A stretch of 64,000 nucleotides of DNA. Origin: Promethearchaeota archaeon (GTDB lineage Archaea > Asgardarchaeota > Heimdallarchaeia > Hodarchaeales > Hodarchaeaceae). The notes beneath the pieces were generated by a model. The model was not told where the DNA came from. It worked only from the letters and a program-made list of their open reading frames with translations, and ran no database searches. Shown here piece by piece: positions 48,932 to 59,864 of this stretch. The stretch is from NCBI GenBank assembly GCA_048938105.1, contig JBHLMN010000001.1:96001-160000 (forward strand). The letters are read 5' to 3'. A program made the position numbers and the translations under genes. Positions within the stretch are counted from its first letter, which is position 1. Each line of letters opens with the position of its first letter.

Positions 48932-50104
48932 CTACCTTTCTATGCCATGTGTGGATAATGAAAGAATACTGGGTTTTTTCTGTGTTATGATAATAGCAGG
49001 ATAGATGATTGCTAACAATATTACAAAATTTGATATTATAAACAATGTTAGTATCGTTGGAATCACAAAATCTGGGATAATAAATCCAACATTGAAGAAT
49101 AATGTCAAAATTGTGAATATTAAGGAGGGAATTAAAAATCCAAAAAAAAGGCCAACGAAAAAACCGATATTCCCAATTATTCCAGCTAAGACCACGATCA
49201 AAAAAACCAACTGAGGAACTGACATTCCCATTGATCTCATAATCAACAGATCTCGCTCATATTTTCGGATAAACCAAGAAACAGAATGAAAAATCCGAAT
49301 TAAAGCAATTACGAAAAAGACACCATAAAGGATGTTTAATTGAGCAATAATATCAGAGAAAAGGCTAATTGTGAAAATATCTGCTTGTCGTTCTGCTTTT
49401 ATGGTTATTGTTGGATAGTAATCTTGTAAAAGGTTTCTTAATGAAATTATCGTTTCATCAACAAATTTCTCATTTTTTAAACGGATTTTAATTCGTTGAT
49501 ATAAATTCTGATTGAATTCCATAGCGAATATCCTGGTATAATCTGTGATGTCAATAATAATTGCACTCTGAAATTCCTTAACGTTTTGTACAAGACCGCT
49601 TACATGTAATTGATGTTGTATTCCACTTGAATTTTCGGTTAAGTTAATTTCCGAGGACCTAATAATTGATTGAAGGTCTTGTCCCATTAAACACTCTGTA
49701 ACGTTAACATTGAATTTAGGTAGTCGTCCGGCATAAATATCTGCTCTAGGGTAATAACTCATAAATTCTGATATATTTACACCAACTATAAGTGTATTGA
49801 ATTCCCCATTTCTTGATGAAACGGTTCTAATATGTTCCGCAATTGGGAGTACAAGTTTAATATTCGTATGATTAATCAATGTGAGGATCTCTGGATGTAT
49901 CCCGACAGAAGGATCCTTATTTTGAATAAATATACTTGGAGATCCACTCACAGTTTCGGTTATACCAAATATTTGAACAGTGAACCCTGAGATTACCCCA
50001 GATGTGGCAATCATCATTGAAATGATCAAAGCAAACCCCATAATCGACCGAAAGGAGTGTTTCTGGCTTCTGCCGATTATTCGGATCGTAAACTTTGTGA
50101 GCAA
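48932..50104 (-). CDS. MacB/FtsX-family ABC permease
   Basis: N-terminal TM, AGRLP, IMRSMGMS, three C-terminal TMs. Confidence 0.8.
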   Translation of the reverse strand: MLTKFTIRIIGRSQKHSFRSIMGFALIISMMIATSGVISGFTVQIFGITETVSGSPSIFIQNKDPSVGIHPEILTLINHTNIKLVLPIAEHIRTVSSRNGEFNTLIVGVNISEFMSYYPRADIYAGRLPKFNVNVTECLMGQDLQSIIRSSEINLTENSSGIQHQLHVSGLVQNVKEFQSAIIIDITDYTRIFAMEFNQNLYQRIKIRLKNEKFVDETIISLRNLLQDYYPTITIKAERQADIFTISLFSDIIAQLNILYGVFFVIALIRIFHSVSWFIRKYERDLLIMRSMGMSVPQLVFLIVVLAGIIGNIGFFVGLFFGFLIPSLIFTILTLFFNVGFIIPDFVIPTILTLFIISNFVILLAIIYPAIIITQKKPSILSLSTHGIER

Positions 50105-50378
50105 TAATTAAACACCTTTAATTAGGTTATAATAGAGACTATTTTAGTAGAGTTTGGAATTTTTTTGTGCTTTTTTGAAGCTAGACTTTCCATAAAAACT
50201 AAGAATGCAAGAAATTAATGTTATTACTTTTCGATTTTCCCTTACAACCTCAGCCTTTAATCATGATTATTCTTATGTATAACTTCTTTGAGTAATTAAG
50301 AACATTGTCTTCATACATACCTCAACAATCTCTTTATGCGGTATCGGAAAAATATAGAAAATAGGAAATGATGTTAAA

Positions 50379-52733
50379 GTGGGCTCAATCATTGATTTCT
50401 TGCCAATTATGACGATCCTTGCAGTTGGTGCTGGGATCTGGCGTCTTCTAAATAGATTTGAGTCAAACACCTTCCGTAGAACCGAATATTTTAACATTTT
50501 CCTATTAATCGGGTCTTTTAGTCTTATTCTTCCCCTCACTTGGATCGGGATTCAACCGAATGGAATTCTAATATTACCTATAGGGCAATATTCAATCGAA
50601 TTGATGAGCTTTGTCGGATGGTGTCTGTTTTACTTTCTAATAGGGATTATATTATCTATAATTACAGGATACTATCTGCTACGGAATTTACTTGTAAATC
50701 TTGAAGACTTCCAATTCAATCTAGACAACTATAAAGATTATCGTATAGGTCTTTTAGTATTCCTTCTTTTGGATTATTTTATTCTTGAATTAATCTTACC
50801 CCTCCGTGGTTTTGATGCTTTTTACTATTATTTTCCTGAAGCTGAAATATTCTATCAAGCGGGAAGGATCACTGAAATAAATTATTTGTCCTTCTCACCT
50901 GTCGTGAAAAGTCCCTTCAACGTTCTTCTGTATGTTTACTCTTATTATGTCACTGGTGACCTATCAATACAGCTTATTCCTTTTTTATTTCTTCTCGGTT
51001 TGGTTCTGTTAATATATGACTTTGCTCTAGAATTATTTAACAATAAATCTCTTGGGTTAATCGCTGCCATTTTTACTTTGGTACTCCCACTCACCTACTG
51101 GTTAATGAATTATTGGGCCTTTTATCAAGATCTCTATCTTTGTTACTTTTTTTCAGTGACATGCTATTTTAGCTTAAAATGGTATAAATCCCCATCAAAA
51201 CTGAAATTTGGACTTTTCATGGGGATGGGATTAGTAAATTCAATATTAACAAAAATAACTGCTTGGATCTTACCCATTATTCTTATTTTATGGATACCGA
51301 CTGGATTAAGAGGAAAGAAAATTCGTGTGGTGATTATCTTTTTATTAGGAATATTTCTATGTGTCCAAACTGCTACGAAAATTTATATCGGAGTAACTCT
51401 ACCTATACTCATCTCATTGGGGGGAGCATGTGCATTAATTATTAAAGAAAAAAAGGCTGAGCTTTCCTCTCGTACAACAATTCAACTTATTCCAATAAGT
51501 CTTGGTATGATAGTTGGGAGTTTTTGGCTTTTTGATCGGATAGCTGTATCGAGCTCCGTCTGGGAAGGAATATATGAACTATATTTTCATGTAACTCAAG
51601 CTATAATTTGGGTTTATCCCCAACAACCTCTAGATCCTTTACTACACACACTGGAAAAAGTACATCGAGTAAATTTTATTTCAGCCACAGGAATATTACT
51701 CTTGGGAACTTGTTTTGTTTTACCTTGGTTAATCCTTAAGATATTTGCACTAAAGAATTATCACCCCATAACTGCACCTCTTATCTGGATTCTTGTATTT
51801 TTTGGAATTTGGTCAACTTATTATGTAGATGGCTCAATACGTTATTTAGTTCCTATTATAACCCCATTGATTCTCTGCATATCATGGGGGTTTTATCAGT
51901 TGACACAGAAAATCAATAACCAAAAGAAAAAAGAAATACTTTTAATTTTATTTGCAATTCTTGGCTGTTTCAACTTTTATTATTTAATTTCGTTGAATTC
52001 ATTAACGATTACAAAAGAAACTCAAGAAATAGTTGGACTTAGTTACAATCAAGCTGCTTTAAACTATTATTCATTTCCATTTCTCCTAATAAGAATCATT
52101 CTAACTATTCTTTTTAGCTTAGTAATCCTTATCTTAATCAAAAAAGACCTGAGGATTCAGACACTAAATTCAATTGAAAAAAGAATCAACTTAATGGGAT
52201 TAAGTAAGATTTTTATTTGTGGAATTATCATTACCATTCCATTAGCAGTTCAATCTTATTTACTTATATATACGGGAGGAAATTTCGACCAATTTCATGC
52301 CATCCATGAATACGAGTACAGATCTGAATATCAAGAGCTTGTAATAGTCCTCCAGCAACAAAATCAGCCATTAGCAGGAATAATGACGTTCAGGACACCA
52401 GGTATTCAATTCTTTACAAAACAACCCGTAATCGATATTTATTACCAATACAATCTCTTCCAAGGCAACCCATTCTATACTAGTAACAATCTGACTGAAT
52501 TACTTGAAATTCTTGAAAACCCTCTCAATTACACTTATTCAAACGACTTAAAACTTGATCTAACAATTTCTATCAGATTTATTGTGGTTCCAGCAAAAGG
52601 GAATCTTTATTATGATGTATACAATACCCAAGCGAAGGCAAATTCACTTTTCTTCCGATCATTGGAAATTAATCAATCTTTTATCTTTTTATATAAAAAT
52701 TCAGATTTTATATTATATGAGGTTAGGTTTTGA
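50379..52733 (+). CDS. ArnT/PMT-like (GT-C) membrane glycosyltransferase
   Basis: GFDAFYYY, YQDLY, LTKITA, IRYLVPI motifs; many TMs. Confidence 0.75.
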   Translation: MGSIIDFLPIMTILAVGAGIWRLLNRFESNTFRRTEYFNIFLLIGSFSLILPLTWIGIQPNGILILPIGQYSIELMSFVGWCLFYFLIGIILSIITGYYLLRNLLVNLEDFQFNLDNYKDYRIGLLVFLLLDYFILELILPLRGFDAFYYYFPEAEIFYQAGRITEINYLSFSPVVKSPFNVLLYVYSYYVTGDLSIQLIPFLFLLGLVLLIYDFALELFNNKSLGLIAAIFTLVLPLTYWLMNYWAFYQDLYLCYFFSVTCYFSLKWYKSPSKLKFGLFMGMGLVNSILTKITAWILPIILILWIPTGLRGKKIRVVIIFLLGIFLCVQTATKIYIGVTLPILISLGGACALIIKEKKAELSSRTTIQLIPISLGMIVGSFWLFDRIAVSSSVWEGIYELYFHVTQAIIWVYPQQPLDPLLHTLEKVHRVNFISATGILLLGTCFVLPWLILKIFALKNYHPITAPLIWILVFFGIWSTYYVDGSIRYLVPIITPLILCISWGFYQLTQKINNQKKKEILLILFAILGCFNFYYLISLNSLTITKETQEIVGLSYNQAALNYYSFPFLLIRIILTILFSLVILILIKKDLRIQTLNSIEKRINLMGLSKIFICGIIITIPLAVQSYLLIYTGGNFDQFHAIHEYEYRSEYQELVIVLQQQNQPLAGIMTFRTPGIQFFTKQPVIDIYYQYNLFQGNPFYTSNNLTELLEILENPLNYTYSNDLKLDLTISIRFIVVPAKGNLYYDVYNTQAKANSLFFRSLEINQSFIFLYKNSDFILYEVRF

Positions 52734-53211
52734 GCTTATTCAATTCAAGATTCATTTCTAGACAGTTAATTCCTTTATGCTTAGAATAACCTTTAGTTGA
52801 AAACCCAACTTTAGAAAACGCTTTTAAAGAGATTAGGTTTCTTTTTTTAATGAAAGCAAAGATTTCCTTAATTAGTAGTTTCTTAAAAGCATAATCGCAA
52901 GCCAATTTTAATATATTAACTCCCAGTCCCTTCCCTCTAAATTCTGGCAAGATTGAAATACTTATTTCAGCAGTGTTCACTGTTTCATTAATATCAAATC
53001 TTATCTGTCCAATTCGTTGGGCTTCATATTCAGCAATTAATATAATACAGTCTTTAGTTTTCAATTTATTGTTAAACCATTGAGTATGCGTTTCTAATTT
53101 TATTTTCCCAGTATCGAAAGACGATTCTCTCACTATTGGATCGTTTCGAAGATTGAACAGAAAAAGCATATCCTCTTTTGTGGCTTTTCTTAGTCTTAGC
53201 TGATTATCCAT
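52723..53211 (-). CDS. PseH-like GNAT N-acetyltransferase
   Basis: LRNDPIVR, HTQWF, IGQIRFD, PEFRGKGLG, N..S...F.K.GF; lies within the pse cluster. Confidence 0.75.
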   Translation of the reverse strand: MDNQLRLRKATKEDMLFLFNLRNDPIVRESSFDTGKIKLETHTQWFNNKLKTKDCIILIAEYEAQRIGQIRFDINETVNTAEISISILPEFRGKGLGVNILKLACDYAFKKLLIKEIFAFIKKRNLISLKAFSKVGFSTKGYSKHKGINCLEMNLELNKLKT

Positions 53212-53471
53212 TTTGTGTTTTTCACGCCTATTTTATTTCTCATAAGGAATTATTTTCTCATTAAACTCGAGATTTGCTTATTTTCCCATGAATGAAGACT
53301 ATTTCATTAGAATATTCGATATTAGAACTAGAATGAGGCATAAACTGCTTTAATTCCTTTCTTGCTAAAGTAATTCAAGCACCATATTGACCGCCTTTAT
53401 GGAGCTTAAAGGATTGACTCTGTTAATGATTTTTATTTTCAATCTCCCATCACCGTAAAATCAAGAAATGG

Positions 53472-54800
53472 TTGTATTTTACAAATACATATTTAACATT
53501 CCACACTATATGCTTTTTGATTACTAAAATGATAAATAAATACTTTAAAAAAACCAGAGCTCACTTTAATGATCCTTTAGTATATAATGGGTTCTTTCTT
53601 CTAATCAGTGCCTTTGTAACAACTCCATTAAACTTCATCTTTTATAAAATTCTAGTATCACTCTTTTCATCAGATATTGTCGGCATTCTTACATCATTAA
53701 TTGGATTAATAAATTGGATTGGTTTTTTATCACGATTTGGTATGAATACAGGTGTTAGGCGGTTTTTACCTGAAATTAAAAATCAATCATCAATAGTAAA
53801 TATTGCTTCTGTCATTGTTTCTGTGGCTGGATTCTTTGTTAGTTTGATTATACTCTTTTTACTTGGCTTCTTTATAGAAGATTATGGTTTTCTTATAGAA
53901 GAAGTCTTCATAGTATTTCTAATAGTCTTTATAAACATCGCTACCAATGTTATTACCATTGTTGAAGCTATTCTTACCGCTAAGAGAAAAGCATTCATTC
54001 TCCCAATAAAGCAAGTTCTTCTAAATGTATTAAACATAATTTTTCTTATAATACTCTCTGGATTGGGGGTAATAGGGTTTTTTTTGGCACAATCCTTTGC
54101 TATATTAGGAATTATTATCTGTGCTTTTTTGATTACCCCGTTCCTAATTGAAGAATATACTTATTCAATTAAAGTAGATTATCCATTGCTAAAACAAATC
54201 ATGAAGTTCTCTCTTGTTAACTGTTATTTGATATTAATAGCTAATTATCGGATTTTGATTCCAACTCTCCTTGTCATTTTCCTTTCACCTGAATCCGCTG
54301 CTTATTATTCAATTGTAATGATAGCTGTGAATTTGCTTACTAGAATCCCTGGAAGTTTTAGTGTCTCTTTCATGGTAGAATCTACCTATAAACCAGCAGA
54401 AATTCGAAAGCAGATGTTTAAAACCATCGGAATTATTTTTTCTTTACTTATTCCTGCTATTATTGCATTTTTATTTTTTGGAACAGTTTTCCTTAGTTTT
54501 TTCGGATTAGAATATGCCACTGAAGGATATTTACTTTTAAGTATATGTGTAATAACTACACTCCCTTTCGCTTTTACAGCATTGTATATTAGCTCTTGTT
54601 ATGCTAGAAATAATGTTCAGATTCCAGCTCTTTTAGATACTTTTACTTCTTGTGGTACAATAATTGGTTTCCTTATATTAATCCCTTCGGTAGGATTAAT
54701 TTCCTTTGGCTTAAGTTGGTTGTTCTTTACTCTTTTGGGATGCTTAATATCTTTCTACAAGATGCACTCTCTGTTGAAAAATCCGCAAGTTGCTAGCTAA
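53472..54800 (+). CDS. Oligosaccharide flippase (Wzx/RfbX, MOP family)
   Basis: About 12 TMs; FGMNTGVRRFLP, FG.EY motifs. Confidence 0.85.
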   Translation: MYFTNTYLTFHTICFLITKMINKYFKKTRAHFNDPLVYNGFFLLISAFVTTPLNFIFYKILVSLFSSDIVGILTSLIGLINWIGFLSRFGMNTGVRRFLPEIKNQSSIVNIASVIVSVAGFFVSLIILFLLGFFIEDYGFLIEEVFIVFLIVFINIATNVITIVEAILTAKRKAFILPIKQVLLNVLNIIFLIILSGLGVIGFFLAQSFAILGIIICAFLITPFLIEEYTYSIKVDYPLLKQIMKFSLVNCYLILIANYRILIPTLLVIFLSPESAAYYSIVMIAVNLLTRIPGSFSVSFMVESTYKPAEIRKQMFKTIGIIFSLLIPAIIAFLFFGTVFLSFFGLEYATEGYLLLSICVITTLPFAFTALYISSCYARNNVQIPALLDTFTSCGTIIGFLILIPSVGLISFGLSWLFFTLLGCLISFYKMHSLLKNPQVAS

Positions 54801-54834
54801 CACTTTTGGAGAATATTTAAAATTCGAATTTCTC

Positions 54835-56100
54835 TTAACCATTTGGTTGAAGAGGGGGAATGAGAAGATCTATCAAAGAAATGGAAAAAAAAGCAAAAAT
54901 GATACGAATTATAGAGATAGAGATTTGTGCAATGATCAGAATAAGCAAAAGCCTGTTTTTTGAGATTCTGTTATGCAATTGATTACTTATAGCATTCAAA
55001 CCTCTTGGGATCCCCAAATAGGAGATAAAAGAAATTGGTAACCAATATCGAGCCTGCATCCTGCCGATGTGAACAAATATAAGATAAAAGGATAAAATAA
55101 TAAACCAAATCCACATAAAGGATTTCCCTGTCCCTTTCAATTCCGAAACCAACTTTTCACGATCATATTCGATCAAGCTAATCAAAGATACTATAGCTGC
55201 AAGAGCCATAGTATAAAATATGCTCTCTACAATAGTAATACTTCGGTAAAAATTCTGTTTTCCAAATATAATTAGACCAATGTCATTAAGGGAAAATGTA
55301 CCAGCCATGAGATTATTGATTACTACTCTGCCAAAGAGTAGCTTTAACGCATCAATAACAGTAAACTCAAGGATTGCCATAAAAACTAGAATAAGGAGGA
55401 AAGAACAGAGTATAATTAAACTAGTGAGAAAATACTTCTTATCTTTGATAGTTTTTATTATTAAAAAAATAATAAATGAAGCTGGTATAAGGAAGCCAAT
55501 TTCTCTGGTTAAAACTGCAAGTATCATGAAAATACATGCTAATAAGAATTCTTCATACCCCTGATATTCACTATATCTCTGAATGTAAAAGATTGACCCT
55601 AAAGTCAGAAAAAGAAACAGTCCATCGGTCACCATTCGTGTCATAAGGAGTAATAAAGCTGGACAAACACTAAAGACGCTTGAAATAATTTGAATTTCTT
55701 GTTTACTGTATTCACGATCTTCTAAAATTTTTATGAATATTATTATTGAACAAATATAATAAATAACTCCCGTAATAACTGCTAAAGGAATAATTTCTAA
55801 TGATGTAATAACAGAAAGTACGGCTAGTAAAATTGGAAAAACAACGCGATTATTCCACCTATATGTTGATATCCAATATTGTTCTTCATATGTTATAGTA
55901 TTTAACAAAAACTTTTTGATATAGGTTGCATAAATATCATAATCATCGCTTCCATAACCAAATCCTTCAATAGAGCCCCTTATGAAAGAAAGCATAATCC
56001 CAATTAGCATACAAAAGATTAACATCCGATTTTCGATATAAATCCGTTTTATCTTGTGAAGAAACTGATAATTTGAATGAGAACTAATTTCAAGACTCAA
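54835..56100 (-). CDS. GT-C (ArnT/PMT-like) membrane glycosyltransferase
   Basis: DD...Y, RVVFP, TDGLFL, LTREIG, ARYWLP. Confidence 0.75.
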   Translation of the reverse strand: MSLEISSHSNYQFLHKIKRIYIENRMLIFCMLIGIMLSFIRGSIEGFGYGSDDYDIYATYIKKFLLNTITYEEQYWISTYRWNNRVVFPILLAVLSVITSLEIIPLAVITGVIYYICSIIIFIKILEDREYSKQEIQIISSVFSVCPALLLLMTRMVTDGLFLFLTLGSIFYIQRYSEYQGYEEFLLACIFMILAVLTREIGFLIPASFIIFLIIKTIKDKKYFLTSLIILCSFLLILVFMAILEFTVIDALKLLFGRVVINNLMAGTFSLNDIGLIIFGKQNFYRSITIVESIFYTMALAAIVSLISLIEYDREKLVSELKGTGKSFMWIWFIILSFYLIFVHIGRMQARYWLPISFISYLGIPRGLNAISNQLHNRISKNRLLLILIIAQISISIIRIIFAFFSISLIDLLIPPLQPNG

Positions 56101-56333
56101 ACAGAACCCTCTAAACAGTATTCTTAGCTGAGCGGATTTTTAACGCATTTATGCTTCTTTAAACGGATTATTTCACGAGAAATTTAATGAGCAGCGAAGA
56201 AAATTGATTTATCACCTAAGTAAATGAATTTATAAGTCTATTTAGTGAAGTATTAATCTTTTAAATTTCTATAGAAGTAGTCCTTTATTACTCTATAATT
56301 CTAATAAATCCTATTCGGAGAAAAGCAATATCA

Positions 56334-57359
56334 TTGATAGCCATTAATCTTGACGAAAGACCAGGAAGCTTCTGTCATAAATGGATCGAATATTGCAAAA
56401 TGAATGATATTCCATTTAAGACTGTAAATTGCTTAAAATCAAATATACTGAATGAATTACGAGATTGTGATGGTTTATTATGGCATTGGCATCATGAAGA
56501 TCTTAGGCATAATTTAATTGCCAAACAAATTCTTACAATTGCTGAGAAATACCGTGGGATTTTTGTTTTTCCTGACTTCAACACAGCATGGCACTTTGAT
56601 GACAAAATTGCACAAACTTTAATTTTTGATTCGATGAATGTTCCTATTCCGAATTATTGGCTTTTTTTTGATGAGGAAGAAGCCATAAGATGGATAAAAG
56701 ATGCAGAATTTCCTGTTGTTTTTAAATTAAGAAGAGGAGCAGGATCTGCTAATGTTAAGATGATTAATAACTCCTCAGATGCAAAAAAGATCATTTCAAT
56801 AATGTTTGGTAAAGGGATCAGTCCAATAAAAGTACCTATAGGAGAAGTAATAAAAAAAAGAAAACTCTCTAAAGTACGAGCATTTGGGTTTAAAAAAGCA
56901 TGGAAATACTTTAGGTCTGCCCGTGCATTTCCTAATGAGAGAGGTTATGTGTATTTTCAAGAATTCATACCGAATTGCACTTGTGACCACCGCATTATTG
57001 TGATAGGTGGAAATAAAGCCTATGGATTCCTTCGCTACACGAGAAAAAATGATTTCCGAGCTTCAGGTAGTGGGGACTTTTTAATTGATCATACTCAAAT
57101 TAAAGATGAAGTACTCGAGATGGCGTTTCAAATAGCAAATAAATTGAGATTACAATGTGCTGCATTTGATTTTTTGTTATCACCAAGGGGTTTTCTGTTA
57201 ATAGAAATGAGCTATGGTTTTATACCTGCAGGAGGAACTTATAATTCCGAGTGGCATGGATACTGGAATGAAGATCTGGTCTGGCATGAAAAAAAAGTTG
57301 ACCCTGTATTTTTAATAATAGAGAACCTAATTGAACAGATTAATAAAAAAAATCAGTAA
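56334..57359 (+). CDS. ATP-grasp (RimK-like) ligase associated with the glycan cluster
   Basis: HFDDKIAQ, FPVVFKLRRGAGS, YFQEFIP, DFRASGSG, AFDF...IEMS. Confidence 0.85.
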   Translation: MIAINLDERPGSFCHKWIEYCKMNDIPFKTVNCLKSNILNELRDCDGLLWHWHHEDLRHNLIAKQILTIAEKYRGIFVFPDFNTAWHFDDKIAQTLIFDSMNVPIPNYWLFFDEEEAIRWIKDAEFPVVFKLRRGAGSANVKMINNSSDAKKIISIMFGKGISPIKVPIGEVIKKRKLSKVRAFGFKKAWKYFRSARAFPNERGYVYFQEFIPNCTCDHRIIVIGGNKAYGFLRYTRKNDFRASGSGDFLIDHTQIKDEVLEMAFQIANKLRLQCAAFDFLLSPRGFLLIEMSYGFIPAGGTYNSEWHGYWNEDLVWHEKKVDPVFLIIENLIEQINKKNQ

Positions 57360-57640
57360 ATCCTTTGTAAAAAAACTTCAGACCCTTTTTCCATTCGCTT
57401 TTTTTATTATAACCAAAATACAAATACCAAAGGAATCAAATTGTGATTTCTCTTAATTTTCTTTTTCAATATAGAATGTCATTATGAAGCTTGACTCAGT
57501 TTTTCGACCTGAAATAACTTATTGTTTAATGAAAATAAGGTATTTTCATTTTAATCACTAGAAATATTTTTTCCTTCCTATTTGAACCGACTCAACAAAC
57601 AGAACAAGTAAGAATCACTCCAAGGATTCATATTATTTAC

Positions 57641-58597
57641 TTGAGGGACAATGATTTGCGAGTTCTAGTAACTGGAGGCGCTGGGTTTATTGGCCGTTGG
57701 CTTGTGAAGAGATTAATTGATGAAAAAAAGCATGTAATCGCATTAGATGATCTTTCGAATGGAAGAATGGAGAATATCTCTGAATTCAAAGATAACCACA
57801 TGTTTGAATTCATTAAGGGGGATATTAGAAACGAAGACATTGTTGAAAGTTTACATTGGAATGATTATAATATTGTTTATCATTTAGCTGCCGAAATCAA
57901 CGTTCAAAAATCCTTAGATAATCCCTCTGAGACATTTCAAAGAGATGTGGTTGGAACATTTAACATATTAGAACAATGTAGAAAACATAAGATAAAATTC
58001 GTATTCATGTCCAGTTGTATGGTCTATGATAGATGTTTCGACGAACATGGTATAACAGAGAATCATTCAGTTAAACCAGCTTCTCCCTATGCAGCCGCTA
58101 AATTATCAGGGGAATATTTGACTCTCTCATATTATTACTCCTATCAACTTCCAACAGTTGTTTTAAGACCATTTAATATTTATGGCCCTTATCAAAAATC
58201 TACAGGTGAGGGAGGTGTTATTGCAATCTTCATAAAAAGAACATTGAATAATGAACCATTGCTTGTCTATGGAGATGGTACGCAGACGCGAGATTTTCTC
58301 TATGTTGAGGATTGTGTTGATTTCATCATTAAAGCTGGGGAATCAGAAAGAACCTTGGGTCAAATAATAAACGTAGGAACAGGAGAAGATATTCATATTA
58401 ACCAACTTGCTAAATTGATTAGCAAAGATCCTCAGTTAATTAAACATGTCCCCCATATTCATCCACAATCAGAAATTATGAAGCTAAAATGTGACAGCTC
58501 AAAAGCACACGATCTTCTGGACTGGAAACCTTCCTATGAGCTTAAAACAGGATTAGAACGGACTAAGGATTGGATAAACAATAATTTAAATCTATAA
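57641..58597 (+). CDS. NAD-dependent nucleotide-sugar epimerase/dehydratase
   Basis: TGGAGFIG, HLAA, SPYAAAK, RPFNIYGP, GDGTQTRDF. Confidence 0.92.
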   Translation: MRDNDLRVLVTGGAGFIGRWLVKRLIDEKKHVIALDDLSNGRMENISEFKDNHMFEFIKGDIRNEDIVESLHWNDYNIVYHLAAEINVQKSLDNPSETFQRDVVGTFNILEQCRKHKIKFVFMSSCMVYDRCFDEHGITENHSVKPASPYAAAKLSGEYLTLSYYYSYQLPTVVLRPFNIYGPYQKSTGEGGVIAIFIKRTLNNEPLLVYGDGTQTRDFLYVEDCVDFIIKAGESERTLGQIINVGTGEDIHINQLAKLISKDPQLIKHVPHIHPQSEIMKLKCDSSKAHDLLDWKPSYELKTGLERTKDWINNNLNL

Positions 58598-58611
58598 GGT
58601 GACTGTGAATC

Positions 58612-59751
58612 TTGAAAATCATACCTTACGGAAAACAGTGGTTAGATGAAGATGATATAAGTGCTGTCGTCGAGGTCTTAAGAGGGGATTGGATTACCCA
58701 AGGGCCAATGATTGAAAGATTTGAAAAAGAAATTGCTAATTACATTGGTGTTCGACATGCGGTGGCTTTCAACAGTGGCACTGCTGCTCTTCATGGTGCT
58801 ATGTTTGCAGCAGGTCTGTCGGTAGGTGATTCCTTAATTACAACCCCTATCACTTTTGTAGCAACTTCAAATTCATTAATTTACCTAGGGGGAAAACCAA
58901 CATTTGTTGACATTGATATGAATACGTACTGTATGGATCTTGAGAAAATTAAACCAAGAATCACAGAGAATTCCAAAGTTGTAGTTCCTGTTGATTTTGC
59001 AGGATATCCAGTTGATCTGAAACGCCTTCGTGAGATTACTGATGATTATAATCTAATAATAATTGAAGATGCTGCACATGCTCTTGGAGCCAAAAGATAT
59101 GGAAAAATGGTTGGTAAAGAAGCTGACATGACCATGTTTAGTTTCCATCCGGTAAAACATATAACTACTGGCGAAGGGGGAATCATCCTCACTGATAATA
59201 GTGATTATTATGATAAACTCAGGATTTTTAGAAATCACGGGATTACTAAAGATCCTAAAAAACTCAAAAATAAGGATGAAGGACCATGGTATTATGAAAT
59301 GCAGGATTTAGGTTATAATTTCAGGATTACTGACATTCAATGTGCTCTCGGCCTTTCTCAATTGAAAAAGTTGGATAATTTTCTTTCTCGGCGTAATGAA
59401 ATTGCTAGTAAATATAACAGAATGTTTCGAGATTTGACTAGTTTAAAAACGCCCCCTCATCCTCCTTATCCTAATTCTTTGCATGCTTATCATATATACC
59501 CTTTATTGGTTTATGGAATTCCTAGGAGATCACTTTTTAATAAATTAAAGCAAGATGGAATCAGGTGCCAAGTTCATTATATACCTGTACATTGGCAGCC
59601 ATTCTATAAGAATAATTTTGGTTTTAAGCAAAGAGATTTTCCTGTGGCTGAAAACTTCTATAATCATGAAATTACCATTCCACTATACCCGCAAATGACT
59701 GATGATGAGATAGAATTTGTAATTAATCGAATTGTTGATACTTTAACATAA
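58612..59751 (+). CDS. pseC: PseC-type nucleotide-sugar aminotransferase (DegT family)
   Basis: IPYGKQW, WITQGP, NSGTAALH, EDAAHALG, FSFHPVKHITTGEGG, WYYEMQDLGYNFR, QVHYIPVH. Confidence 0.9.
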   Translation: MKIIPYGKQWLDEDDISAVVEVLRGDWITQGPMIERFEKEIANYIGVRHAVAFNSGTAALHGAMFAAGLSVGDSLITTPITFVATSNSLIYLGGKPTFVDIDMNTYCMDLEKIKPRITENSKVVVPVDFAGYPVDLKRLREITDDYNLIIIEDAAHALGAKRYGKMVGKEADMTMFSFHPVKHITTGEGGIILTDNSDYYDKLRIFRNHGITKDPKKLKNKDEGPWYYEMQDLGYNFRITDIQCALGLSQLKKLDNFLSRRNEIASKYNRMFRDLTSLKTPPHPPYPNSLHAYHIYPLLVYGIPRRSLFNKLKQDGIRCQVHYIPVHWQPFYKNNFGFKQRDFPVAENFYNHEITIPLYPQMTDDEIEFVINRIVDTLT

Positions 59752-59864
59752 AAATAGTTTTCTAGATATTTAATTGTCCAATTATACTCAATTTTTTCTT
59801 TTGTGAGCGCTAAAGAAATGTTTAGAATCTAATTGTTAAAATTGAGAATAAAGGATGTAGAAGG

